Below, one piece after another: positions 39,578 to 49,353 of a stretch of DNA of 64,000 nucleotides. The stretch is taken from NCBI GenBank assembly GCA_018396755.1, contig JAGTQM010000004.1:17099-81098 (forward strand), written 5' to 3'. Source of the DNA: Candidatus Bathyarchaeota archaeon (lineage in GTDB: Archaea > Thermoproteota > CALKCG01 > B24). A program made the position numbers and the translations under genes. The number at the start of each line of letters is the position of its first letter. The first letter of the stretch is position 1. Below the pieces are notes generated by a model, which saw nothing but the letters and a program-made list of their open reading frames with translations, ran no database searches and was not told the origin of the DNA.

Positions 39578-41254
39578 ATGCTTGTTGTTACAGAGAAAGG
39601 CTCAGTAGCTATCGCGATAAGTAAGGCTATTTCGCCGTCTCCTAAGACTTTTGCGTTAAAGGGACATATTCTGGACCTGGATTTCCCAGAGGAATATAAC
39701 AACTGGAGAACAATAGATCCTAAAGAACTGTTTAAAGCTCCAGTTAAATGGGTGGTTCGCGATTTTAAAACATATCGGAATCTTAAGGAAGTTTTGAAGA
39801 ACTTAAACGGTCCTTTAATCCTCGCTACGGATAACGACTATGAAGGTGAACTTATAGCTTACGAAGTCCTTCAATTAGCTAAAAGTGCTCGTAATCAAGT
39901 TAAATATATGCGTATGAGATTTAATTCAACTGCGACTAATGAGCTTAGAGATGCTTGGACAAGACTTGAACCTGACTTAAACTGGGGTTGGGTTTGGAAA
40001 GCATATTTCCGCTCAAAATTTGACCTTGTAACTGGTGCAACGTATACAAGGCTCCTCACGTTGTCTGCACGTAAAAATAGGTATCCTTATAAACTTTTAT
40101 CATGGGGGTCTTGTCAAATACCTACACTGTGGTTCATATATACACGTGAAATGGAAATTAGAAATTTCAAGCCTGAAACATACTACGAATTGAAAGCTAT
40201 TCTAAATGTTAAAGGCGTTGAAGTGGAGGTTTTCTCTAAGCCTATAAAGGATAGGTCTCAAGCTATATCCCTGTACGAAAAGGTTAAAGACGTTAAAGAA
40301 GCTACCGTTTCCTCTTTTGAATCTGAGTTTTTCTCAGAGCATAGACCGCTACCTACTGATACCGATGTGATGCTTCAGGAACTTACTAAAATACTTGGAA
40401 TCAGCGGTGCCAAAATAATGTCTCTTGCAGAAGAACTATATGCTGACGGCTTCATAAGTTATCCTAGAACCCAGACAAATATGTGGATTAGAATGAATCA
40501 TAAATACGTCTTAGATATGCTTTCAAATACCCCCCTTAGCAAATACGTCAGAAGCGGGGTTTTTCAACCTAAGAATGGTAGGAAAAACGATAATGCTCAT
40601 CCTCCAATATATCCTGTAAAACCCTACTTGTATGATGATGCTAAGGGTAAAATTTGGTCATACATAGCTAGAAGATACGTCGCCAATGTAGCTTCTAAAG
40701 ATGCGTTGTTGAAACGTTGGAGATTAGACGTACATCTAAAAGACGTTGCCATGAATAATATGGGAAGATACATAATTGACGATGGCTTCTACGAAGTTTT
40801 TCCCTACTTCAAGCCTAAAGACCTCAGCCAGATACCTGAGGTTAAACCTGGGGAGTTTCTACCGGTTTTAAAAGTTGAGCTTATGGAGAAGAAAACCAAG
40901 CCTCCCTCTAGACTGACGGAATCCGACCTCTTAAAGTTGCTGGAGAAAAATGGAATAGGTACTGATGCGACGAGACACGAATACCCTTCAAAAATAATAG
41001 CTCGAGGATACGCTGGTAAGAAACGTAAAACATTTATCATTACGCAACTGGGTGAAAGGTTGATTCAACTACTGGAGAATGTAAATGGACAGTTGGTAAC
41101 CCCTGAAACTAGACGTTTTGTCGAACAGATTATGGGTGAAGTTGAACTTGGAAAAAGAACGGTAGATGAAGCTTTAAACTATGCCTTAAACGTTTACAGC
41201 GATCTTTATGCGAAGTTGGAGGCCTACATAAGAAGTGCAAAGCTAATCCTCTAA
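39578..41254 (+). CDS. Type IA DNA topoisomerase (compact, no C-terminal Zn fingers)
   Basis: TEKGSVA Toprim, GHIL, ATDNDYEGELI, ISYPRT (catalytic Tyr), AHPPIYP, GIGTDATR. Confidence 0.9.
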   Translation: MLVVTEKGSVAIAISKAISPSPKTFALKGHILDLDFPEEYNNWRTIDPKELFKAPVKWVVRDFKTYRNLKEVLKNLNGPLILATDNDYEGELIAYEVLQLAKSARNQVKYMRMRFNSTATNELRDAWTRLEPDLNWGWVWKAYFRSKFDLVTGATYTRLLTLSARKNRYPYKLLSWGSCQIPTLWFIYTREMEIRNFKPETYYELKAILNVKGVEVEVFSKPIKDRSQAISLYEKVKDVKEATVSSFESEFFSEHRPLPTDTDVMLQELTKILGISGAKIMSLAEELYADGFISYPRTQTNMWIRMNHKYVLDMLSNTPLSKYVRSGVFQPKNGRKNDNAHPPIYPVKPYLYDDAKGKIWSYIARRYVANVASKDALLKRWRLDVHLKDVAMNNMGRYIIDDGFYEVFPYFKPKDLSQIPEVKPGEFLPVLKVELMEKKTKPPSRLTESDLLKLLEKNGIGTDATRHEYPSKIIARGYAGKKRKTFIITQLGERLIQLLENVNGQLVTPETRRFVEQIMGEVELGKRTVDEALNYALNVYSDLYAKLEAYIRSAKLIL

Positions 41255-41384
41255 ATTGTAGATCGTGAATTGCGGGCAAATAAACTTAAAAACTAGGCTT
41301 ATTCAATAGTTTTTCAGTGAAGCTTATACTTCCAAGAACTGTTACACGTTTCAATACATGGTTTAGGTTAAACCTTCCCTATGA

Positions 41385-42746
41385 TCACGGAATTTCATAC
41401 CTACCTTGTATCCCTTTAATGGTGCGTTGTTTAATCCTCTGGAAAACACTTCCAAACGCCTTAGCCAGTCTCTTCGCCTCTTCAGGGAATTCATCTATTA
41501 GATTTCTACTCTCTCTAGGATCATCTTTAATATTATATAATTCATCTGGTTGACCTTCAGGTCGTTGAATTAAAGACCACTCTTCATCTCTTATACATCT
41601 GTCTACACCTTCATAGTATCCAGATATCGCATAACTTCTATGATTGTTTGATTCACCCATTAAAACAGGTAGAAAACTTCTTCCATGTATAGGAAACGTA
41701 TCCCATTTAAAGCCCAGCATTTCTAAAAGTGTTGGTAGTAGGTCTGGAAATTGAATTATAACGTTTGTTTTCCTAGCTTTTTCACCACCTGGCAGTCTAA
41801 CCATAAATGGAATCTTAAGAAGCTCATTGTATAATCTATCTACGCCTTTGAGGAATTTCCCGTGGTCTGCAAGTGGATGTCCGTGATCAGCTGTTAGAAC
41901 GATAACAGAATCGTCATAGTATCCTAAATCCTCAAGCTCTTTAAAGAGGTGGCCAAGCCAATAGTCTACGAATGTTACCTCCCCCGCGTATAGTCCTCTT
42001 ATGTAACGTATTTCTTCGGAGGTTGCCCACTCAGAAGCATAGCCTCCCATTGGAAGTATGAGTCTAGCCCCCTCATAATTATGGTCCGTGTAAATGTCAA
42101 ATTTTGGAGGTGGATCCCAAGGCTCATGCGGGTCGAAACAGTCTATCCAAAGGAAAATCTTATTGTATCTAGCGGCTCTGGATCTTCTAAGCCATTTTAA
42201 AGACTCCATAACAACTTTAGCTGGAAACCAATCTCCCTCTCTTGAAAAGTCTTCGGTATTGGCCAGAAACCTTGCCACCAGGTTCTTCCATGTATCAGTG
42301 TAGTTTTTGTTCACGTAGTCTTCCACTTTCTTCTTAAGAGGCGGTGGAGGAATGTAGGAATCGTACTCTTGACCTCTAATCCACGTGAAACTATGAAAGC
42401 TCTTATGGAAGTTCATATTTGGTCTAGCAAGATGATACGTGTCTGAAATCAAACCACATATGTATCCTTCTCTACTTAAAATATCAGCCAGTGTTATATC
42501 TTCGCTTTCCAACGGGCTCCAAGGCCTGTAAGGTAACGTATAATGTCCAGTCATAAGCTCTGTTCTTACAGGTATTGTCGGTAAACCGCATGGATAAGCG
42601 TTTTCAAAAACTACACATTCATCTGCAAACTTATCTATGTTAGGTGTTTTACAAGTTGGAATGTTTTCGAAAACTGGTTTTCCTCCATTGTAGAAGCTTA
42701 CATGGTCCTGCCTTAAACTATCTACAACTATTACTATGATATTCAA
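41385..42746 (-). CDS. Sulfatase-like hydrolase (alkaline phosphatase superfamily)
   Basis: VDSLRQDH, TPNIDKFA, PTIPVRTELMTG, FDPHEPW, TADHG. Confidence 0.85.
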   Translation of the reverse strand: MNIIVIVVDSLRQDHVSFYNGGKPVFENIPTCKTPNIDKFADECVVFENAYPCGLPTIPVRTELMTGHYTLPYRPWSPLESEDITLADILSREGYICGLISDTYHLARPNMNFHKSFHSFTWIRGQEYDSYIPPPPLKKKVEDYVNKNYTDTWKNLVARFLANTEDFSREGDWFPAKVVMESLKWLRRSRAARYNKIFLWIDCFDPHEPWDPPPKFDIYTDHNYEGARLILPMGGYASEWATSEEIRYIRGLYAGEVTFVDYWLGHLFKELEDLGYYDDSVIVLTADHGHPLADHGKFLKGVDRLYNELLKIPFMVRLPGGEKARKTNVIIQFPDLLPTLLEMLGFKWDTFPIHGRSFLPVLMGESNNHRSYAISGYYEGVDRCIRDEEWSLIQRPEGQPDELYNIKDDPRESRNLIDEFPEEAKRLAKAFGSVFQRIKQRTIKGIQGRYEIP

Positions 42747-42828
42747 CTGAACACACTCCTTTAAACCCGTTTAACAGCTTCAGCATTTAGTCTTTAAAAG
42801 AATTGCCTTATAGATGGGAATATCTTTA

Positions 42829-42918
42829 GAAGCTTCAGTGGAAGGAATGTCAAAGCTAAAAGAAGTGGTTTCAAATATGTGATGGTTTTCAACAAATTAA
42901 TACAGCTGTAGGGAAACT
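42829..42918 (+). mobile_element. Degenerate integrase 3'-end repeat copy
   Basis: Reads EASVEGMSKLKE / GFKYVMVFNKLIQ, matching the A.TVEE..KL.E.GF.YV..FN tail. Confidence 0.5.
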
Positions 42919-42939
42919 CAGGGTAAAAATTGATGAAGA

Positions 42940-44115
42940 TTAAAAAGTTTTAAGACTTAAGGTTTTATATTTTTCAAAGAGGTTTTTCACACCTCTGTCT
43001 TGAACAATCACAACATCTTCCAACCTCATTCCAAACTTATCCGTATAAACTCCGGGCTCAACTGTATGAGTAGTGTTTCTTCTGAGAATATCTCTTGATG
43101 TTGGATGTAAAGTTGGTGCCTCATGTATTCTCAAACCAACTCCATGGCCTAACCTATGCGGAAAAAACTTGGAGAAACCTTTTCTAGCTATAAGACTTCT
43201 AGCAGCTTCATCAACACTAGAGGCTTCTACTCCATCATATTCAAACCTATAGACCTCCTCCTGTGCCTCTAATACTGTATAGTAGATAGCCTCCTGCTCA
43301 CTTGAAGGTTTACCTAAAACCCACGTTCTAGTGATATCCACCCAATATCCATCGGCACATACGTTAAGCTCTAAAAGTATGACGTCGCCTCTTCTAATTC
43401 TTCTATCCGTTGAAATATTAAATGGATACCACGCTTTAGATGTATTCTCACCGGACATTACAAATGCAAAACCTCTAGCTCTTTTAACCTTGTTTTCAAA
43501 CCCAACGCCTTCACTATATACCGTCGCCTCAACGACCGAAGCGAGCGTGCTCTCCTTTACTCCTTCTGAAACATTTTTAAGAAGTTTTTCAATGGCTAAA
43601 GATGCGAGTTTGGCTGAAAGCTTCATCTTTTCGATTTCATATTCTGATTTAACAGATCTGAGTTTTACTATAATTCTAGAAGCGTCAACCAATTCTGCTT
43701 CAAATACTTTATGGAGCATTTTAAAAGTTGGAACACTAGCGTAGTTCACTTCGCCTACGATGCTATTAGTGGCAACTGTTTCGAAGCTAAGCTCGCAACC
43801 GATTTTGACATACTTATGATGTTTAAGCTCTTCTAAAGCTTTAGATATAACCTTGTATGGGTTCCAAACTTCATTTAAACCTTCACCTTCATATGGTCTT
43901 ATATCCTTAACCCACCCATCTTTAGCATATTCCAGCTCAGAAACTGGCACTATTAAAACTGGCTCCCCCTCCAATGGTAGGAATGCTAAAGACCACCCTG
44001 TAATAGGCCAGTAACCCGTCAGGTACAAGACATTTTCAGGATTTCTACATATGAGGAGCTCCAGCCCTTCCTTTTCCATAGCTTGTCTAATGTTTATCAG
44101 TCTAGCCGAACCCAT
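42940..44115 (-). CDS. Xaa-Pro aminopeptidase (M24 family)
   Basis: DGYWVDITRT, HRLGHGVGLRIHE, TVEPGVY, MRLED. Confidence 0.92.
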   Translation of the reverse strand: MGSARLINIRQAMEKEGLELLICRNPENVLYLTGYWPITGWSLAFLPLEGEPVLIVPVSELEYAKDGWVKDIRPYEGEGLNEVWNPYKVISKALEELKHHKYVKIGCELSFETVATNSIVGEVNYASVPTFKMLHKVFEAELVDASRIIVKLRSVKSEYEIEKMKLSAKLASLAIEKLLKNVSEGVKESTLASVVEATVYSEGVGFENKVKRARGFAFVMSGENTSKAWYPFNISTDRRIRRGDVILLELNVCADGYWVDITRTWVLGKPSSEQEAIYYTVLEAQEEVYRFEYDGVEASSVDEAARSLIARKGFSKFFPHRLGHGVGLRIHEAPTLHPTSRDILRRNTTHTVEPGVYTDKFGMRLEDVVIVQDRGVKNLFEKYKTLSLKTF

Positions 44116-44217
44116 GTTCTAACTTAGAATTCGTTGTACCCTTATATATCGTTTTAAACTAAGTTAATGGTTTCTCGGCTCTAGTTGAGACCATTCAGTA
44201 CGTCTTAAAAAAGAGGC

Positions 44218-45015
44218 TTAATACCCTCTTGCTTCACCAGCGACTTCTCTTCCGAATCTACTTAGAAGCTCTCTAAACCCGGACATTAGAATCTTCATAT
44301 CGCTCATTAGAGCTACGAATCTGAAACCGTCTTTTATCATTTTTTCAGCCATTTCAACGTTAAATGTATGAATACCTGGAACTACGTCGTTTTTCTCACA
44401 AGTCTCCTTAATTTTCCTCAGAGCATTCTTAAACTTGAGATGGTCATATCTAGTAGGTATGCCTAGGTTTACGGATAGATCCATGGGACCCACATAAGCT
44501 ACATCTATTCCATCGACTGAAAGTATCTCCTCCAGGTTTTCAAGAGACTTGGCTGTTTCAATCTGAACTATGACTACGAGTTCTTCCACCTCAAATTTCT
44601 CGTAGTACTTTATAAAGTCCTGCCTGCCGAATCTGATACATCTTCTAGGTCCAACACCCCTAATCCCCCTGGGAGGATATCTTGAGGCTGCTACAGCGGC
44701 TTCGGCCTCGGCTCTACTGTTAACCCATGGTATTAAAACTCCTTGCATACCGACATCTAAAACCCGTTTAACCATGACGAGATCATTCCACGGGACTCTT
44801 GCAAGCGGAGCAATGTTAACTCCTTTTAAAGGCATTGTAAGAATCTCAAGATCTCCAACATCTATGGGTGCGTGTTCCATGTCGAAAACAAACCAATCAA
44901 AAGGCAACTCGGATAAAGCATCTACCACATCTGGATGGTTTATAGTGATCCAAGTTCCAAGAGCTACGCCCCCATCTTTAAGAAGCTTTTTTAAATTACT
45001 CATAACGAACACCAA
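44218..45015 (-). CDS. HpcH/HpaI (GarL-like) class II pyruvate aldolase
   Basis: FDWFVFDMEH, KRVLDVG, RYPPRGIRG, QIET, VGPMDLS. Confidence 0.9.
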   Translation of the reverse strand: MVFVMSNLKKLLKDGGVALGTWITINHPDVVDALSELPFDWFVFDMEHAPIDVGDLEILTMPLKGVNIAPLARVPWNDLVMVKRVLDVGMQGVLIPWVNSRAEAEAAVAASRYPPRGIRGVGPRRCIRFGRQDFIKYYEKFEVEELVVIVQIETAKSLENLEEILSVDGIDVAYVGPMDLSVNLGIPTRYDHLKFKNALRKIKETCEKNDVVPGIHTFNVEMAEKMIKDGFRFVALMSDMKILMSGFRELLSRFGREVAGEARGY

Positions 45016-45111
45016 CGGTAGAAATACGCTATAGTATAATTTAAGTTAAACGATTTCCCTAGGGGCTTTAGCCTTTTAAATAGCTTTACGTTAATCCTAA
45101 GTGGTGGTCTT

Positions 45112-46203
45112 TTGAAAACCCTCCTCTATAAAGAAGACTGGGAAAGAGTTTCTGAAACCTATGAAGCTTGGTGGGAAGGTGAACTGACCAGACCAATAAT
45201 ACATTTAACGTATATACCGCCCAATATAGACCTTGTCGATTACTCTCTGACCTTAAGTTGGGCTTTTATGAGATATCACCCGGAGAAGGCTTTAGAAGCC
45301 CTCTTCGAATACTTCTCCAAAACAATATTCATGTGTGAAGCTTATCCCAACGTATTCATAAATATAGGACCCGGTGCCTTATCTGCTTTCCTAGGTGCGA
45401 ATGTAAATTTCAACCCCAGTGCGGAAACATCCTGGTTTAAAGGATCGTTTTCTTTAGATGATCTTCTTAATGTTGAATTAAACCCTGAGAATAAGTGGTG
45501 GCGTTATGTGATCGAATGTACTGGGAAGGCTTCAGCCATGTGCAGGGATAAAGCCATAGTCGCCTTTACAGACCTTTTAGACGTACTTACAAGTCTAGTT
45601 CATCTTAGAGGTGGAGCGTCGAAATTGATTAAAGACGTTTTTCTTAACCGCGTCAAACTGATGAAGGTTTTAAACCATCTGCATCAAATCTGGTTTTACT
45701 GTTTCGAAAAAATCTCAGAGCTAATTGATACGAGTACTTATGGTTTTTCAAATTGGGCTGCATTATGGAGTAGGCGTAAATCGTTTATACTTCAATGTGA
45801 CTTTAGCGTATATCTCTCACCCAAAATATTCGACGAATTCATACTTCCCCTAGTAGTTGAGGAGTGTAGATTCTTTGAGAGAAGCTTCTGGCATTTAGAC
45901 GGACCTCTTGAAATCCCCCACCTAGATAAACTCTTAAACATAAGCGAGCTTAACGGTATACAATGGATTCCTGGAGCTGGAAACCCGGATCCAGGTGACA
46001 ACTACTGGATTCCAATGTATAGAAAAATACAGAGAGCTGGGAAGCTCATCCAGCTCCCCGGAATCCCTATATCTAAAATAATTCCAGTCTTAGATCAAAT
46101 ATCGCCTAAAGGTGTTTTCATTCAAACTTCAACTCTGAGCCTCGAAGTTACTGAAAACTTCTGCAGAAAAATGTCTGAGAAATACGGTGTCCGACTTAAG
46201 TGA
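45112..46203 (+). CDS. URO-D/MtaA-CmuA-like superfamily protein (putative corrinoid methyltransferase-like)
   Basis: QCDFS..LSP..F.EF, HLDG..EIPHLD, IQWIPGAG. Confidence 0.6.
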   Translation: MKTLLYKEDWERVSETYEAWWEGELTRPIIHLTYIPPNIDLVDYSLTLSWAFMRYHPEKALEALFEYFSKTIFMCEAYPNVFINIGPGALSAFLGANVNFNPSAETSWFKGSFSLDDLLNVELNPENKWWRYVIECTGKASAMCRDKAIVAFTDLLDVLTSLVHLRGGASKLIKDVFLNRVKLMKVLNHLHQIWFYCFEKISELIDTSTYGFSNWAALWSRRKSFILQCDFSVYLSPKIFDEFILPLVVEECRFFERSFWHLDGPLEIPHLDKLLNISELNGIQWIPGAGNPDPGDNYWIPMYRKIQRAGKLIQLPGIPISKIIPVLDQISPKGVFIQTSTLSLEVTENFCRKMSEKYGVRLK

Positions 46204-46245
46204 CGGCGGACTATGATCATGAACGGTTCTTAGATCAAACGATAA

Positions 46246-47031
46246 TTAAACTACTAGACTAAGCCAGCTTAATGTCTTGCTTATAACCTCCAGTGTATAT
46301 TCTTTCTTGGAAAACGTGTGATCTCCCCCTTTAATTACGTAGAGCTCATTTTTATCGTTTAAACTTTTAATAATCTCATATCCCTTCTCGGCCTCCTCTA
46401 AAGGTATGAGGAGATCTCGATCTCCATGTATGATCAGCATCGGGATTTTAATCTTGCCCATAACCTTAAAAGGAATCACGTAATCAACCGTATCGAAGAA
46501 GCTTTTCCTCAAATACCAGCCTTCTGAAACTTCAATCGCTTCACCAGAATTGAGCTTTTCCAATTTCTCTTTATCCATATGGGTGAGAAATCTGTCCCGT
46601 AGAGGACCAAGAGCCGCTGAGTAGAATATTGCGAACTTTACACGTTCATCTTTCGACGCCAGTATCGTAGCAACTCTTCCACCCATACTTAAACCTATAA
46701 CGCCAATCCTCCCTTCATCCACATTCTTCTGTCTTATGAGGAAAGTTAAAGCGGCTTCTGCATCATCCAGCTCCCCGGGCAAAGTCATGTCTTCGAATTC
46801 ACCATCGCTATCGCCCGATCCTCTAAAGTCGAAGCGGAAGACTGTGAAACTGGATTTACAGAGGCTTCTTGCCACTTGAACGAAAAGTCTATGGGCCTCT
46901 GTCTTGTTCCCAGTGAAACCGTGGAACATAACTATTCCCGGAGTTTTCTCCTCTGGCTTCAAGTTGTCAGGTATATGGAGAATTCCAACTAATTCTTGGC
47001 TTTTATTTTTAAAAACCACTGGTTTAATCAT
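46246..47031 (-). CDS. Alpha/beta hydrolase (esterase)
   Basis: HGFTG, FDFRGSGDS, GLSMGG nucleophile, HGDRD, GGDHTF. Confidence 0.9.
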   Translation of the reverse strand: MIKPVVFKNKSQELVGILHIPDNLKPEEKTPGIVMFHGFTGNKTEAHRLFVQVARSLCKSSFTVFRFDFRGSGDSDGEFEDMTLPGELDDAEAALTFLIRQKNVDEGRIGVIGLSMGGRVATILASKDERVKFAIFYSAALGPLRDRFLTHMDKEKLEKLNSGEAIEVSEGWYLRKSFFDTVDYVIPFKVMGKIKIPMLIIHGDRDLLIPLEEAEKGYEIIKSLNDKNELYVIKGGDHTFSKKEYTLEVISKTLSWLSLVV

Positions 47032-47200
47032 TTTAACGCCTCTGACGTTATAAAACCAGGCTATTACAGGTAATAAGCTTTAGTCTTCAGCGAATCTTTC
47101 ACAATAAGGCTACATCGAACACTCTCTATAGCACTTTTTATGTAGACAACTTGAAGATAAGTATAAATGAAAGTAGCATAAGGTATTACTTGGTGGTATA

Positions 47201-47467
47201 GTGGTTAACAAGAAAATAAGCATAAGTCTTCCAGAAGAACTTCTAAAAAGTATAAATGAATTGTCTAGACAGTTAAGTCTGACGCGAAGCGAGCTTATAG
47301 CTAGAATATTAGAGGAGAAACTGGAAATGTTAACAGCTGGAAAAAATCATAAATATCCAACAGTACTCTGGAAGCTAAGTACAACTGGGCTTCTCAAATT
47401 AAGGTCTCCACGTTTTTTAGGTAGGACATTAAAGGGTAAATGGATTGTTGAAGAGGTTGAAACCTGA
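47201..47467 (+). CDS. Ribbon-helix-helix (CopG-family) regulator
   Basis: KISISLPEELL..I......LTRSELI. Confidence 0.85.
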   Translation: MVNKKISISLPEELLKSINELSRQLSLTRSELIARILEEKLEMLTAGKNHKYPTVLWKLSTTGLLKLRSPRFLGRTLKGKWIVEEVET

Positions 47468-47898
47468 TGAAGTTAAACTATCCATATATGAGTAACGGAT
47501 ATACTGTTCATGGAGAAAAAATACCAGATATACCCATAGCATACTTGATGATGAAAGCCGGTAGATTTAGAGCTCGTGGACCTGCAATAATCGATACAGG
47601 TTTTGACGGCGGAGTATACCCAAACATGGAGATCATAAGAATATTTGAAGGTTTAGAGCCTAAGGCGAAAGTAAATTTTGAAAATCCACTATTCGGCGTA
47701 TCAGAGTTTGAAGTATATTCTGCTGAAGCATTCCTATATAATGGAATACATCAGATGGCTTTAGGAGATGTAAGAGTGTACATACCTACAGAGCCAGAGC
47801 TCATAACAGGTGATGTCCTCTTAGGGAGAGAAGTCATTCAGAAAATAAAGCAATTAACTTTAAATAACCAGGAGATGATTTCAATAATCGAACTCTAA
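47467..47898 (+). CDS. Clan AA (retropepsin-like) aspartic protease-like protein
   Basis: AIIDTGFDG and LLGREVI motifs; TGATG overlap with the RHH gene. Confidence 0.75.
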   Translation: MKLNYPYMSNGYTVHGEKIPDIPIAYLMMKAGRFRARGPAIIDTGFDGGVYPNMEIIRIFEGLEPKAKVNFENPLFGVSEFEVYSAEAFLYNGIHQMALGDVRVYIPTEPELITGDVLLGREVIQKIKQLTLNNQEMISIIEL

Positions 47899-47981
47899 CA
47901 TCGAACCTTTTAACCTGCTACGAAGACATTTTCACTTCCAAATAAACGGGTTTTCATGAAATAAAGAGATGTTTTCAATGG

Positions 47982-49286
47982 CTAAGAAAATCCTTTAAGG
48001 TATTTTTCTTCAGCTTTAAACATTTCATCTACCATTGTTCTTATCTCATCTATAGTAAGCATTGCACTAGTCAGTGGATCTACCAGTATTGCGTGAAATA
48101 CCAGCTCTTTACTCTTCTCTAAGACGGCTCTAGTTGCAAGCTCTTGAACATTTATATTCATTCTATTTAAAGCTACACATTGCGGAGGTAGCTTGCCAAC
48201 ATAGCAAGGATGTATCCCAGTTTTATCTACAAGACAAGGAACTTCAACGCAGCAGCCATATGGAAGATTTACAATCAATCCGGTATTCCTAACGTTTCCG
48301 TAGATTAAGCTAGGCATACCCGTTTCCATCGAATATATTATTGTAGAACAGTATTCTGCACTTCTACGTATAGGTATTTTCTCAGGGCTCTCAACCAATT
48401 TTCTAAACGCCTCATCCTCTTTCCCTCTATCCTCCATAAATTGGATGCGCCTTAAACCCCTCCCCAATTTAAACTTCTCCATTACATCTTGTCTTTTTCT
48501 GAAATAGGGCAAGTACTCAGACAGATGGTGGCTTGACTCGCTTGGATAATAGCCTACGGCTTTGAAAACCTCTATTCTAACAAGATCCCTTCCAGCAGAA
48601 CTCTTGTAAAAATCAGGATCCTCGATCTTCTTCCTTAAAATGGGGTAGGCGTCTTTTCCACGCCATTTAAACTCTAGAAACCAACTCATGTGATTTATTC
48701 CAGCTGCACGGTACGATATTTCTGTTGGAGGAACATTTATGTAATTTGCGAGGGTGTACGCGGTACCTTGAACACTATGGCATAATCCTACCACGTTTAC
48801 TTTAGTGGCTTCATATACACTCCAACATATTATAGCCATGGGATTCGTATAATTCATCAGAAGAGCATCGGGACATAATTCCTCCATATCGTAGCATATG
48901 TCTAGTATAGCTGAAGCATTTTTCAAACCGTAGAATACACCTCCAGGTCCAACAGTATCTCCTACAGCCTGATCTACTCCATATTTTAAAGGTATCTCCA
49001 AATCGAGCTTCGTAGCTTCAAGGCCGCCTACTCTAATAGACGTTACAACATAATCCGCCCCCTCTAAAGCCTCTCTACGATCGGTCGTAGCCTCTATCTT
49101 AGTTTTAAAACCCCACTGATCCACGAGTTTTCTCGCGAAAGCTTCTGTGAGACTCAGCCTATCTTTATCTATGTCTACAAGGCTAATGGTGCAATCTCTA
49201 AGCTCGGGATACGACAGTATGTCTGTTATGAGATTTTGACCGAATACATGGCTTCCAGCGCCTATGAGAACGACTTTAAACGTCAT
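47982..49286 (-). CDS. melA: Glycoside hydrolase family 4, alpha-galactosidase (MelA-like)
   Basis: IGAGS, GDTVGPGG, NYTNPM, GLCHSVQ, GINHMSW, ESSHHLSEY, DPLT. Confidence 0.88.
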   Translation of the reverse strand: MTFKVVLIGAGSHVFGQNLITDILSYPELRDCTISLVDIDKDRLSLTEAFARKLVDQWGFKTKIEATTDRREALEGADYVVTSIRVGGLEATKLDLEIPLKYGVDQAVGDTVGPGGVFYGLKNASAILDICYDMEELCPDALLMNYTNPMAIICWSVYEATKVNVVGLCHSVQGTAYTLANYINVPPTEISYRAAGINHMSWFLEFKWRGKDAYPILRKKIEDPDFYKSSAGRDLVRIEVFKAVGYYPSESSHHLSEYLPYFRKRQDVMEKFKLGRGLRRIQFMEDRGKEDEAFRKLVESPEKIPIRRSAEYCSTIIYSMETGMPSLIYGNVRNTGLIVNLPYGCCVEVPCLVDKTGIHPCYVGKLPPQCVALNRMNINVQELATRAVLEKSKELVFHAILVDPLTSAMLTIDEIRTMVDEMFKAEEKYLKGFS

Positions 49287-49353
49287 GTCAACCCCTTAAA
49301 TATATGAAGGACTTAGGTATAAATGCTTAGGCTATTGATTATAGTGGTCGGAG

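Noticed and set aside
47095-47115. 11-nt match (ATTGTGAAAGA) shared with about 63325
   Set aside because: Too short to distinguish from chance in AT-rich intergenic DNA.
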